A stretch of DNA of 63,761 bases, counting the filler, from Squatina squatina (taxonomy: Eukaryota), in NCBI GenBank assembly GCA_031763465.1. It is 4 parts of 3 records of this genome, joined end to end, with 100 filler letters (N's around TTAATTAATTAA, not from the genome) between each part and the next. Parts side by side here need not be neighbours in the genome. Positions count along the whole stretch, not along the records: positions 35,376 to 51,597 come from JARFOE010000016.1; positions 51,698 to 63,761 come from JARFOE010000013.1; 2 more parts are not named here. One strand, written 5' to 3'. A model generated the notes under the pieces. That model saw only the letters and a program-made list of their open reading frames with translations. It was not told the origin of the DNA and ran no database searches. The translations under genes were made by a program, and so were the position numbers. Position 1 is the first letter of the stretch. Each line of letters starts with the position of its first letter. Of the stretch, positions 49,423 through 61,590 are shown piece by piece.

Positions 49423-50727
49423 NNNNNNNNNNNNNNNNNNNNNNNNNNNNNNNNNNNNNNNNNNNNNNNNNNNNNNNNNNNNNNNNNNNNNNNNNNNNNN
49501 NNNNNNNNNNNNNNNNNNNNNNCCCCTTTAAGGGCTGAGGTGGGCTGAGACCTGATAGCAGCTCCTTACATCGGACCAAGAATTGGGCAGCTGAAAAAAT
49601 CTAAGAGTCAATAGTTCCATTAGCGCCGGTTTTAAACGTAGGTTTTGCTTTGTGATGCCAAGAAATTTTCTAAGATGCCAGTTCCCTGACTTAAAGGGAC
49701 AGGTCTATTAGGGCGCTAAAATTACACCTTTTGGCCCCATATAGCCACCAGCTATAAAAATGCCAATTGGGCATCCTTAATCTTTTAAAACTGTCAGATC
49801 TTGCTCCAGTATGCCCACAACATATTTCTACTTGTAAGAATTTTTTAATGCAACACTCAGTAAGTATACTGCATTTCTCCCTTAATGGGTGCTTTGATAC
49901 ATAGCCGTAACTCACAAGATGTTCTGATTTATTTACAGTTGACTATTTGAAGTCTAGTCATCTACCAAGCATACTGCTGAAAGACAGGTCTCTGGGTCAC
50001 AATCAAATGCAGGTCTCCTGAGCATACTAATTCTGCTTCAGTACATAATCCACGTTCTTCAGACCAAATGCATTCATTTTTAAAATAAATTACAACTGCT
50101 GACAAAAATATTCCTTCTTCATTATTAATTAAAACTCCTGTTTTATAGGGCAGAAGTAATCACATCAAAGCACAAGGTCGCTGAAACTCCACAAGCAGTA
50201 AAGAGCTTTGGCTCTGGGCTGTCGCGTCATGTAAAGCTTTACATTTGTAGAATGTCAAACAAAAATGACAGGCCAACTTTTATTGGCTAAGCTGACAGAC
50301 TGCACAAGGGCAAAAAAAACATCTCTTGGCTTTTTAAAGGGGGAGAAACATCATGGCTAGTAGGTTACCAGACAGTGCAAAATGGCTCAAAATGTTCCAT
50401 CAGGTAAACCGACTGGATCAGACTCGACTGTAACATTCTGTGTCTGTGTGTGCGCCNNNNNNNNNNNNNNNNNNNNNNNNNNNNNNNNNNNNNNNNNNNN
50501 NNNNNNNNNNNNNNNNNNNNNNNNNNNNNNNNNNNNNNNNNNNNNNNNNNNNNNNNCAGGGGTATCAAGTGGTGGGACCATTGGAAGTAAAATTGGAGGG
50601 GCATCATGGGCAATAATGGAGTAAACATCGTCACATCAACCTGACTCAGGTCAAGAACAGCACGGGTAAGATGCACAGTAAAGCTCGCTCTATGCTGCTT
50701 TATCAATCAATCATAGGTTAGGTGCAG

Positions 50728-51260
50728 CAGTGGTTCTCAATCTTGGGTCCTCAGACGCGTAGAGGTCTGTAGAGGTTTTTCAGGGCGGGTCTGCAATCTT
50801 ATGTGATAGTGCTTAAGTAAGTGAATGAGCGACGGCCGCAGGCTGGCTTGCTGTGAGCTGGGAGGCGGCAGTGGGTCACGGCGGGCTGGCTCAGTCTCGC
50901 CTGGGGGTGGGGGGAGCGTGCATGGAAGAGTGCTGAGAGTGTCACAAAGAACAGCAACTGGACCCACAGTTACCAAGGCTGCAGGTGGATACCAGGTGAG
51001 TTCAGCCTTGTTCAAGAGAGGAGATTTTTAAATATTTAAATACTACATATTAAAGAAAGGGCGACAAAATAAAAGTTTGCCCAGGGCACACTCATTTCAT
51101 GCATTCCTGTAAGTAAATATCTGTTTTCTTAAAAGCATTATTAAAACACCCTTTACATTCAGCATGAGTATTATATCATATTATAATTTAGATGGAGCAT
51201 CTGTGATTACTAATCCATTTGAAAAGGGGGCCTTCAACCAAAAAACTTTGAGACCCACTG
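50728..51260. mobile_element. hAT (Charlie-like) non-autonomous element, 533 bp
   Basis: TIRs CAGTGGTTCTCAA / TTGAGACCCACTG; flanks AGGTGCAG and ATGTACAG match at 6 of 8 positions, consistent with a decayed 8-bp TSD. Confidence 0.7.
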
Positions 51261-51597
51261 ATGTACAGCACAGTGTAAAGCTCCCTCTAAGTTAGCTCAC
51301 CAAGCACAGCCAGCTAGAAACCGAATGTGCCCAATGCAGTGTACAGTTCCCTTGACACTATCCAATGAAGCTCACCCGCTCAGGTACAGCAGAGGATGAA
51401 CACAGAATAAAAATTCCTCTCAAGTAAGTGCAAAGCACTCCCTAGTGAGGTACTGCCAAGGATTACTGATGAGTTAAGCCCCGTTCAACTTACCACATTA
51501 AAGGTGGCAAAATACCGGTCTGAAGGCATTCTCAGTAGAGTTCCTTACTTTTACAATCATTGTTGAAGCTTCCCGTTTTATCCTGCCTTCGACATTG

Positions 51598-51697
51598 NNN
51601 NNNNNNNNNNNNNNNNNNNNNNNNNNNNNNNNNNNNNNNNNTTAATTAATTAANNNNNNNNNNNNNNNNNNNNNNNNNNNNNNNNNNNNNNNNNNNN
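51598..51697. other. Artificial scaffold-joining spacer
   Basis: 44 N + TTAATTAATTAA (51642-51653) + 44 N. Confidence 0.95.
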
Positions 51698-51985
51698 AAA
51701 CCACCCCCTCAATCGCCCGCTGCCTGGACCTATCGATGGCCAGCTTGGCCAGGCCCAGGAGCAGGTTCACGAGGAGGGCCTCCGACCGATCCGCTCCCCT
51801 CCTCGCTCCGGGTGCCCGTAGATCAGGAGTGTGGGACTGAAGTGCAGCCAAACCTTGAGGAGCAGCCCCTTTATAAACTCAAACAGGGGCTGCAACCTCG
51901 CACACTCAACATATACGTGGAACACGGACTCATCCAGGCCACAGAAATGGCAGGCGGTCTGGGAGTCCGAGAACCGACTTAAAAA
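51698..51985 (-). mobile_element. Tx1-clade LINE ORF2 C-terminal zinc-binding region
   Basis: ACHFCGLDESVFHVYVECARLQPLF (CxxC...H...C) and LLVNLLLGLAKLAIDRSRQRAIEG; one frameshift. Confidence 0.9.
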
Positions 51986-52540
51986 CAGCATGGGACTGCT
52001 CCATGCCACACCCTCCAGGCCAAGTCCCTGATGAAGCATGGCACTCAACAGCATTGGTAGAAGCCTGCTTTGGAGCACCTGTGATGTCAGGAGACAGTAG
52101 CTGGTTGAAAATAAACCCAGTGTATAGCTGGTGATGCAAGCAATTTACTTCTTGTAAACCACTAATCTGATGTGTAAGCCTATTACATAGGTTAGAGATA
52201 CAATATAGTGCACTGAAGTGCAATTCTTCTCCAAATGGGGAAAGCTGATTTTTTCAGGGCCAATTTTTGGTGTTTTAGTTCAATTTGCAATTGTTAGTGT
52301 ATCTGAGCTATAGAGAAAAATCTACCATGGCATCTGTTCCTAACTGCTACATTTGTTAACCTGATAGAAGAATCAGTATTGTGCTTGACTGTGATGACCA
52401 CAGGGCTTGCCAATGCTTGTGCTTCATGGTGAGATACTAGACTGCTTCTGTTCTGGGATTGTGCCCCAAGAAATTGATTTCTCCTTGGAGAGTTAAAAGG
52501 GAGAAAATGGAGTATCTTAAATGTATATTCTCTCCACCAG

Positions 52541-52789
52541 GTTGCCAAAACACTGTTTAACGATGAGGCTCTCAAACCATGCCCACGGTGCCAGTCACCT
52601 GCCAGGTACAATCCAATGAAGAAACGAGGCCTCTGCAGTCGAGAAGGTTGTGCATTTGACTTCTGCACACAGTGCTTTTGTGTTTTCCATGGATCCAGGG
52701 AATGTGGCAGCAGGTCTGCCAAACGTTTAGGCAATAAAGATGGACCACCAGGAAGTGCTCAAAGCAAGAAGAACTTAAGGAGATTGTAA
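52541..52789 (+). CDS. FBXO43: F-box protein 43 (Emi2/Erp1), last coding exon (ZBR domain and RL tail)
   Basis: TTCTCTCCACCAG acceptor; [55 protein letters not shown]...[13 protein letters not shown]; followed by RGS22 as at human 8q22; absent from the ORF track. Confidence 0.95.
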   Translation, partial: VAKTLFNDEALKPCPRCQSPARYNPMKKRGLCSREGCAFDFCTQCFCVFHGSRECGSRSAKRLGNKDGPPGSAQSKKNLRRL

Positions 52790-53947
52790 ACTTTGTGTGT
52801 ATTTTTGAAAACTGTACATGCTACCAAAAAGACTTGTGCATTTCAGTGCATCGATTGGAATATTAGGATCTAATCCCACCCCACAAAGTCTAAAGAGCGA
52901 TTTGTGGTCCGACAATTTAATGTATTCAGTTGAAGCCAGATTGTGTCGTAAAGCATAACCTGTGTATAAAAGTTGCATTCTTCCTCCTTTGTTATTCCGA
53001 ATGTACATCAGGATTGATTTGTCATAAACTGATTATATTTAACAGCTCTTACTCACAGCACGTTATTGTTGTTGCTATGTAAGAGTCACGTGATCTTCCC
53101 TTGCACTGATATAGCAGATAAAATTGCTGCAAACCAGTCCCCAGTTCTTTATCTCCCATCTTCGGCACAGCACCTTGCACCTTTGTTCTTTGTGGAAAAT
53201 TTCTTCGACCTCATTATCGTTTTTTTCACTCCGTTTCCTACCCGACAACTGGCCACATTGACGGGGGAGAAAGCCAGTGATAGAACCCCACGTTCGGGGA
53301 GGATTGGGGGTTGGTGTCGGAATGGCAATCGGGACAGAAGGGGATTTAGGAGATATCACGGGGTTGGAGTTGGAGGGGTTGCGATTGTGGCAGAAGATTT
53401 GCTTGAGGGGCTGGAGGGGAAGTCCTCCCTCTCCCCCTGGACCACAAGCTGCTCTGTAAAGAGCACTGAGCTGCTGGATCTGGCTGCTTCCCGCTCCAAG
53501 CCTTGGGAAACCTATGGAGGAGGAGTTAATTTACAATTACTGCCAAAATGTCAGGAAAGGAGCCTCATTTAAACATNNNNNNNNNNNNNNNNNNNNNNNN
53601 NNNNNNNNNNNNNNNNNNNNNNNNNNNNNNNNNNNNNNNNNNNNNNNNNNNNNNNNNNNNNNNNNNNNNNNNNNNNTTAGATTTGATACATTTACAACAG
53701 TGACTGCACTTCAAAAATTACTTCATTGGCTGTAACGTGCTTTGGGACATCGGTGGTCATGAAAGGTGCTATATAAATGCAAGTCTTTCTTTGATTAGGA
53801 TCTATCATTAATTCATCTCGATTTGTACTATTTCATAATACTGTGTTTATCATTCTTTATTGTAAATGCTATTTGTTCAAATCACTTTTTTAAAATTTTG
53901 TTTTGTTCTGTACAAAGTATTGATTTTTTTTGTTCTTTGGTTTAAAG

Positions 53948-54109
53948 CTACCTGAACAAGGTACGGAATCGGTACTTGTTTAATGGTGGTGAATACTACA
54001 TGAATGCAGAGACACGTGCAAAACTGGGCCTGTCATTTATCTCACAGTGGACTGTGGAAAACTTGTGTCAGATTCAGTCAGACATAGTGGCGCCTCTGCT
54101 TCTGTATTG
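53948..54109 (+). CDS. RGS22: Regulator of G-protein signalling 22, internal exon
   Basis: T-rich tract-AAG acceptor and TG|GTGAGT donor; 162 nt, phase 2-2; YLNKVRNRYLFNGGEYYMNAE...SQWTVENLCQIQSDIVAPLLLYW resembles RGS22 YLVSNGDYYLSAE...SQWNEEHLRNIQSEVLKPLLLYW. Confidence 0.85.
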
Positions 54110-56636
54110 GTGAGTACAGGCACACGCATGGTAAATGCGGGTTAATATGTTTAATGTATAATTAGTTATATGTAAACAATATATTGTGTGCAGTGAAATG
54201 TATTAACTGAAAACTGCACTAAAGAAACTGTGTGCTGATTACAAAATGGTTTTTCCATGATTCTGACAGCACTAGAATGCCTACAGTTCTGACGTGAATA
54301 CTTTTAAGTAAAGCAAAATGAAACATTTAAAATAAATTATATGGCGATTATCCTCAGTAATGATTGAGGTGAATCAAAATCTGCTTTTGAAAAAGTCTTT
54401 TGAGTGTTCTTTTTCCCAACTGTTGCCAATGATGGAGTATGGATATGACATTCCAGCTCTAACAAATTCCAGTCAAACCATGCAATAGTGATATTTAAAA
54501 AAATGAATTGCCACCTAAATGACTATTGGAATCCCTACAAATATATTCTTATGAAATTGAACTTTCTATTTTTATTTTTGTTTCAAATAATTACAGGGGT
54601 CCGAGGTACTGTATTAACCAANNNNNNNNNNNNNNNNNNNNNNNNNNNNNNNNNNNNNNNNNNNNNNNNNNNNNNNNNNNNNNNNNNNNNNNNNNNNNNN
54701 NNNNNNNNNNNNNNNNNNNNNCAGAGTCTAACTGTGATATCTCTACTGCAGACAGCAGTTTGAGATGGCTAACTTGGCACAGTGCTGGGAACGAAGGTTG
54801 CAGTTTTCTGGTCCCAGTAGCACACCACACAGTGCACTTATCCAATGAACCACAGCCCCTATTTTAAACTGGTTAATTTTGCTGTATCACTGACCTAGTG
54901 TGAACAGATAAGATCAAAAGTTGTGCATTAGGTTGGACATGCTACTGCAGAAGTCAGTGGTTTGTGGTAATAGCTGGTTTATCTGAACTGTTGCTAATTC
55001 AAAAACTAGGTGCAAAGAGCTTTAAGAGTGTACGTTAGATCTGAGGGTTTAAAAAAAAAGATTCTAACAGCTTTTGAAGGAAGTGCTTTTATTTTGTAGC
55101 TGCTAACTGTACTGGTTTAGCTGGTCCTATCGCTGCCATACAGATGCAGCTGTAAAACTCACTTCTGCTTTGCTCAGGGGGTACAGCCCAGAAGATACCA
55201 ATTTTGTCTGCATTGCAATAAAAATGTACTGTACCGGCTTCAAATGCTGCTCGCGTAAGACACAGTCTGGACCCCAAATAATGCTGCACTATAGACATCT
55301 GACTTTAAAGAGCAAGTGTTGACGTCTCTGCAGATGCAAGGTAGGTGCCTACGAGTACTTCTATGGGGATCCTGTTGGATTGTCTACAGTAACTGTATGC
55401 CTAAAAGTTAACTGCCAGTATTAAGAGCCAACAACTCCTGGGGAAGTATTCTATACATTTCAAAATCAGATACAAGTAACATGGCTGGATAAAAATAATG
55501 TTTTCAAATTTGCTATTGTTTTTTTTTTAAAAAAAGGGTGGAAGACCCATTTGGATTTAAATTGAAAATGTCGGCAGCTTACCCTGGTCTATTATTAGCT
55601 ACTTAACCACTAACAGTGCATTTCCTATCGCAGCTACTATAGGAACTTCATAAGCTGCATGTGCTGTAGCAATAGTTTGTGTTATATTCCCCTAGATCCT
55701 AGCTCATTTACATTTATTGCAAATCCATAGTAGTACATTTGATTTTAAGTGCATAACTGTCAAACATAAAATTACAAAATAATCACAGCTTGGTTTCCAT
55801 TCTTTGTTCACAGCTGTACTGTTGAGAATATAGATAGCGGAATCATTCTGTTAGTAGTAAAATGAATAATGTAAACAAAACCGAGGGGAATTTTTTTTCC
55901 AACCAAAAAACCCCGGCATGCATTAACTTTCAAAGCCTTAAAAGTCTCTGGTTCNNNNNNNNNNNNNNNNNNNNNNNNNNNNNNNNNNNNNNNNNNNNNN
56001 NNNNNNNNNNNNNNNNNNNNNNNNNNNNNNNNNNNNNNNNNNNNNNNNNNNNNNTGTGAATTGTTTTAGATTTTAAAAATGTCAATTTTTTCCCCTTACT
56101 TTTCCTTCTGTCTCTTTCTCTCTTTATTTCTCTTTTTCTACATTAAATTCAGTCCCTTTAATTCACCTTCCTTCTCAGTCCTTCTGTTTATTTTACAACC
56201 CTTAAATCTAACTGGTTATGGAAATTCCCTGCTGGTGCCCTGTTCACTCAGGTCCCAGATGCCTGGTTTCCCTTGCTGCGCTGTTATCAGCTTGCACTTT
56301 CTGCAACTTCGTAGGCAATTTTTTTTGACCTGAAGGATGCAGGGGCAAATCTAGCCCAATATGTCAGCTACAGGGAGTACAGCACACTTCTACAAAGACA
56401 CTACAAAAAAAAAAATAGTGCAACTGAAGATCAAATGCTAACTTTTTGGTTGACTGATGACAATCTGGAGATGGTCCTATTTGAATCTATCACCCATTAG
56501 CCAGTCACAGATCTAAACTAATCTGGAGACCAGACAAAAGTAAGCCTTTTGGTAAACAAACTTCAAGGGAAGAATTTACTTTTGAAAAACATTTTCCCTC
56601 CCACCTTCACTGATCTGTTGTGCTTTTGGCCTACAG

Positions 56637-57200
56637 GCATCTCCATCAATTGACTTCATGGCCCAATCTCACAATGCAGACTGCCTTTCTATTGAGGTAC
56701 TCGAAGACGATGCAGAAAGTGCCATGTTTGTGGTCCAAGCAACTTGTCACAACCTCACACTGCTGCAATATTGGTCCGAAAAAACATATTTTGATAATAC
56801 TCAGATAAAACAGACCCATGCTACACTTTCAAACACAAACGACAGCATCCAGTTTGTGTTGAAAGTCTTGCGTCGCTCATCTTCATTGCAAAACTGTGAC
56901 TACTGGACACCCTTTGTAATTGGACTTGTGTTGGATGCACTGTCAAGAGGTTATCAACTGCCTTCCAGAACAACATGGAACGGAGACATCAAGCAACTAC
57001 TGAAAGACAAGGCCATTCTATTAATACAATAGCAATGCGTATTTTGCAAAGGATTATCTCTTAATCGCTCTGTTGTACTTGAATTATATTCGAAGTATAT
57101 AAATCATCAAACTCAAACTACTCAAAGATTATCTTTGTGTGTGTTGATCAGGACTTATGCCTTATTTAGCAATCTTTAGGGCAAGCCAAAAATTACCAGG
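56637..57200 (+). other. Coding-like stretch with internal stop; possibly a decayed DIRS retroelement
   Basis: 124-aa ORF; LVLDALSRGYQLP...DIKQLLKDKAI loosely resembles the DIRS RT N-terminus (WVL..I..GY.L....EI..LL.K.AI); CTACAG acceptor-like site at 56636. Confidence 0.3.
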
Positions 57201-57530
57201 ACATTATGGGAGAAATAAACATTCAAGCCAGTCCCTCCAGTCAACTTCTCCCCACACTGATACATTACTTTTAATCAATAGGATGATGTTTTAATATTTA
57301 TTTACATTTATTCATTCCTGAGATGTGGACGTTGTTAGCAAGGTGGGTATTTATTGCCCATCCCTAGTTGCTCTGAGAAGGTGGTTGTATGCCTTTTTCT
57401 CAAACCGCTGGTAATGCTTTAATTTAACAGNNNNNNNNNNNNNNNNNNNNNNNNNNNNNNNNNNNNNNNNNNNNNNNNNNNNNNNNNNNNNNNNNNNNNN
57501 NNNNNNNNNNNNNNNNNNNNNNNNNNNNNN

Positions 57531-58925
57531 CACCTTTCACTGGGTGTCCCTCCTCTCACTGGGTGTCCCTCCTCTCACTGGCGGCCATTTCACCACCCGG
57601 GAAATTCAGCTGGGCAGCGCAGCCGCAACCCCCTTTTGCATCCCACGGGCAGCCGCGGTACCGGGCAGTTGCAGTGACAGTAAAACCTGTTGCTGCAATG
57701 GCTCTCTTAAAGGAGAGGGCCTGTGCGCCTGCGGCCGCCGTCTTTATTTTTAAACCAGCTTTATTGTCGGCCGAAAGATAGCAGTCTATGGCCGGAGCGG
57801 GCCCCATCCCATTGCCTGGCAAGCTGACTGGCAGGTTGGTGACCCGATTGCCGGCATCCTTGGTGGCCAGTATTGGGCCGTGGGGCGCCGTCAGGATGAC
57901 GGGTGGCTCTCCCCTTTAAGGGAGGCCTGGCAGCGCTGCTGATGTCAGTGCTCTGATGTGGCACAGATGATGTGTGCCACGCCAGCGTCGTAAAAGGCCA
58001 GCTTCCCCAGTTGCGTCTGGGAGCGCACTGTGGCTCGCACGTGCCTTGGATCAATAAATTCCACGGTGGGCTGGGTGGGCGCCGGCACGGGAAATGCTGA
58101 CTCCCGTCCTGTAAGCGCCCCAATGGAGCACAAATCAATTTCGGCCCCTTTTGTTCCTTCTCTCACTGGGTGTACATCCTCTCACAGGGCGTATATCCTC
58201 TCACTGCATCTCCTACCTCTCACTGGATGTCCCTCCTCTCACTGGGTCTCCCTCCTCTCACTGGATGTACATCCTCTCACTGGGTCTCTCTCCTCTCACT
58301 GAATGTACATCTTCTCACTGAATGTCCCACCTCTCACTGTGTCTCCCTCCTCTCACTGGGTGCACATCCTCTCACTGTGTCTCCCTCCTCTCACTGGGTG
58401 TCCCTCCTCTCACTGTGTCTCCTCCTCTCACTGGGTGTCCCTCCTCTCACTGTGTCTCCTTCCTCTCACTGGGTGGTCTCCCTCCTCTCACTGGGTGTCC
58501 TCCCTCTCACTGGGTGTCCTCCCACTCACTGGGTGTCCCTCCTCTCACTGGGTCTTCCTCCTCTCACTGAATGATGTTCCTCTCACTGGGTGTCCTCCCT
58601 CTCACTGGGCGTCCCTCCGCTCACTGGGCGTCCCTCCTCTCACTGGTTTCCCTCCTCTCACTGGGTCTTCCTCCTCTCACTGAATGATGTTCCTCTCACT
58701 GGGTGTCCTTCCTCTCACTGGGTCTCCCTCCTCTCACTGGGTGGTCTCCCTCCTCTCACTGGGTGTACCTTCTCTCACTGGGTCTTCCTCCTCTCACTGG
58801 GTGTCCCTCCGCTCACTGGGTGTCCCTCCACTCACTGAGCGTCCCTCCTCACACTGGGCGCCCCTCCTCTTACTGGGTTTCACTCTTCTCACTGGGTTTC
58901 CCTCCTATTGCTGGGTGTTCTTCCT
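57531..58925. repeat. ~19-bp minisatellite (CTCTCACTGGGTGTCCCTC) with a non-repeat insert at 57581-58150
   Basis: A few units at 57531-57580 and roughly 40 units at 58160-58925. Confidence 0.9.
57581..58147. mobile_element. GC-rich non-autonomous DNA element (Harbinger-type MITE)
   Basis: Same motif as 13881-13915; ends ATCAATTTCGGCCCC. Confidence 0.55.
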
Positions 58926-59324
58926 GCTGAACCTGTCCTGACCTGCAGCTAGGTCAAGGAAGCAGAAATGACCAATGTTGGGGGTTCCCAAATGAGGTCA
59001 CCACCCTGTATCTGGGTTCTGGTCTGATTTTAAAGTACATGCCCAAGGGAAGACTAAGAGAAGCATTTAAGGTTCCAATTCTTAAGTTTGATTTCAAACC
59101 ATAAGCATTTTTGTTGTTGGGAATTTCTATGGCTTGGTGACTAATTGTATTCAGACTTGAAAAGGTTCCATGTGAGAATGTAGAAAGGGAAAAGAAGGAA
59201 TTTTGATCAAATGTAAGATCTACATTTTCTGGCTTTGTAGATCAGTAAGATCCTGCCAGCATATTGCTGGTGTATTATTCACCTAACCTACCTCAACTTA
59301 AATTTACCTTTGTTTTCTACACAG

Positions 59325-59645
59325 CTCGACCAAACATTAGCTTATCTGCACCATCCATTACAATTCTGAGTGGTGCAGAGGGCTTTGTGAGATGTGACGT
59401 TACTGGATTTTATCCTCGGCAGCTAGACATCAGCTGGGTGAAGATATCAAGATGGAGAACAGAAAATGTTTCATTAGATGGCTATACAAAAACATTTATC
59501 AGCAATAGTGATAAAACATTTAATGTTCACAGTCAACTGAGGATTCAACCAACAATGAATGATGACGGTGACAAGTACAGATGTGTGGTGAGGCACCCAA
59601 CATTTCCTGATGACTTCACAATAGAATCTGTGCTCACTGTACAAG
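59325..59645 (+). CDS. Immunoglobulin C1-set domain exon (NCR3LG1/B7-H6-, SIRP- or tapasin-like)
   Basis: TTTTCTACACAG acceptor and AAG|GTGAG donor; 321 nt, phase 1-1; P.ISL...CDVTGFYPRQLDISW...NSDKTFNVHSQL...YRCVVRH are canonical C1-set motifs. Confidence 0.9.
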
Positions 59646-60954
59646 GTGAGTTCTAGCGTGAGAGGAACATAAATGTGAGGGGAGGATGGAAGGGAGGAGA
59701 GAATGAGGCCTGTGTGAGTGGAGGGAAGGGGAAGAGAAAGGGGAAGTGGATACGTGACAGTGAAAGGGAAATTAGGCAGTGGGAAAAAAAAAGTGGATGG
59801 TGTTACATTAAACCATATTCTTTTAATAACCGATTCAAAAAACTAAAGACAGTAATATGTCTGAAAATTAACTTCATTTATTATAGTTTCGAAACATTCA
59901 TCTTACATACAGACTACATGCAGAGCAGTATATGTCGTCTTATGTCTAGAAATTTGCGTAAAGCTTTTCTTGGCAATTGTCTATCGCAGCCGCTCACGGT
60001 ACCTCGCCTTGAAGGTAGCCAAAGTTCCGAACTTAAGTGAAGACTTGATCCCCTCTTTACACCACGTTAAAAACAATCATACATTGCCCAATTCTTGCTG
60101 AGTTTAACTTTGTTGAGCAATTTATGACCCTTTGGTTATCAAACAGATTGCTGAACATACAATCCTATCCTGTTCATGCTCTGTTACGTTGTTATCTCAG
60201 CAGCCTTTGCTTCTTATGTTCTCAGTGTCTTAGATCAAAAGATATGGGGCGGTCAATTCGATACTTACCGCCCACCAGAAAGTATTGTTAAATCGTCGTT
60301 GGACCCTGAATGCCATTTTTCTTCGTTAACTGCACCGCCGGGCAATTAGTCGGGTCCTAGCGTGGCGTATAAAATGGCGCTGCTGATGCAGTGCCAGAAA
60401 CTCAGCGTACCGCATTAGGTGGCGTCGATGACGCCATCAGTGTGCGCAATGCTGAAAATGGCCAGCCGCCCAACAATTCAGGTAACTTACAGGCCTTTAA
60501 AAGTTTATGCTGTTATTCTAATGGCATTTATATGTATCAATTACAATTTGAAAAAGACATGATAATTAACTTGAAAATTTACCTGTGGTACAGCATCCTC
60601 TGAAGCAGAAAAGAAGTAGGTATATACAATCAGTTCGGACGCCACCTCAAAGAACTTTTCCTGGTGGGGAGTAAAATTATAAGAATGTCAATGGTTAAAA
60701 TACAATTCTCCAAGCAGTTATTCCCTTCAAAAGCCAATAGTTTAATAAATTTATGGTTTTGGGACATAAATCTATAGAATACTGTAGCATATTTCCTCAA
60801 AATGTAGAAAGACAAGACTTCATTCATTTTATTCAAATATTTAAAAACTTATTTTCTTAACATTTCAATCAAAAATGCTATGTAAATGTTAGAAGGTGGA
60901 GAAAGAGCTTTCTGTTTTAGTATGGCAGATACTTAGTATACAAAAAAGACAACA

Positions 60955-61590
60955 CTTTGAACCATACAAGTTTACAGCACAGGAGGCTATTTGGCCCAGA
61001 ATTTCGGTACTGGCTCGATTGGAGCAACCGGAGACGAATGCCACTGCCCTATTTTATTTCCCTAGCCGTGCTATTTTCTCTACTTCAAATATTCATCAAT
61101 TTTCCCGTCCAAGATGCAATGGCTCTACCGTAGCCAGTTCCTGTGAAAACGCATTCCATGCTGCAACAAATCTTCTGTGCAAAGAATCTTTTTAAAAAAA
61201 AATCTCTTTACTGCCTTAGTGACTATTTTAAATTGATAACCCTTCATTACGGACTCCCCAGTCGGGAGGTAAGTCTTTCCCTATTCACTCTCCTAAAAGC
61301 TTTCATAATTTTAAACACCTATTAAATCTCCTCTTAACCTTTTACACTCCAGTAGAAATTATTTCTGCACATCAAGTCTCTCCTCATAACTATAATTTTC
61401 CATCCCTGGCATAATTCTGATGAATCTGCACTGTGCATTCTCTGTGGCTTTAACCAATAGTATAACCAATGTTTTGTACAATTTTTTTTTTTTAAAAAGC
61501 TTCTTTACTCTTGTACCTTATGCTCCCCTTCATAAAACCCAAGACACGGTTAGCTTTTAAAAAATAGCTTCAGCTATCTGCACTTGTACT
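60955..61590 (-). mobile_element. Degenerate CR1 LINE 3' region
   Basis: Same 3' structure as 1266-2020 (CAGCACAGGAGGCTATTTGGCCC...TTCATAATTTTAAACACC...CCTTTTACACTCCAG). Confidence 0.7.

Noticed and set aside
52294-52734. 146-aa minus-strand ORF
   Set aside because: Antisense shadow of the FBXO43 terminal exon.
58170-58941. Cluster of overlapping Leu/Ser/Pro-rich ORFs
   Set aside because: Translation of a stop-poor 19-bp minisatellite.
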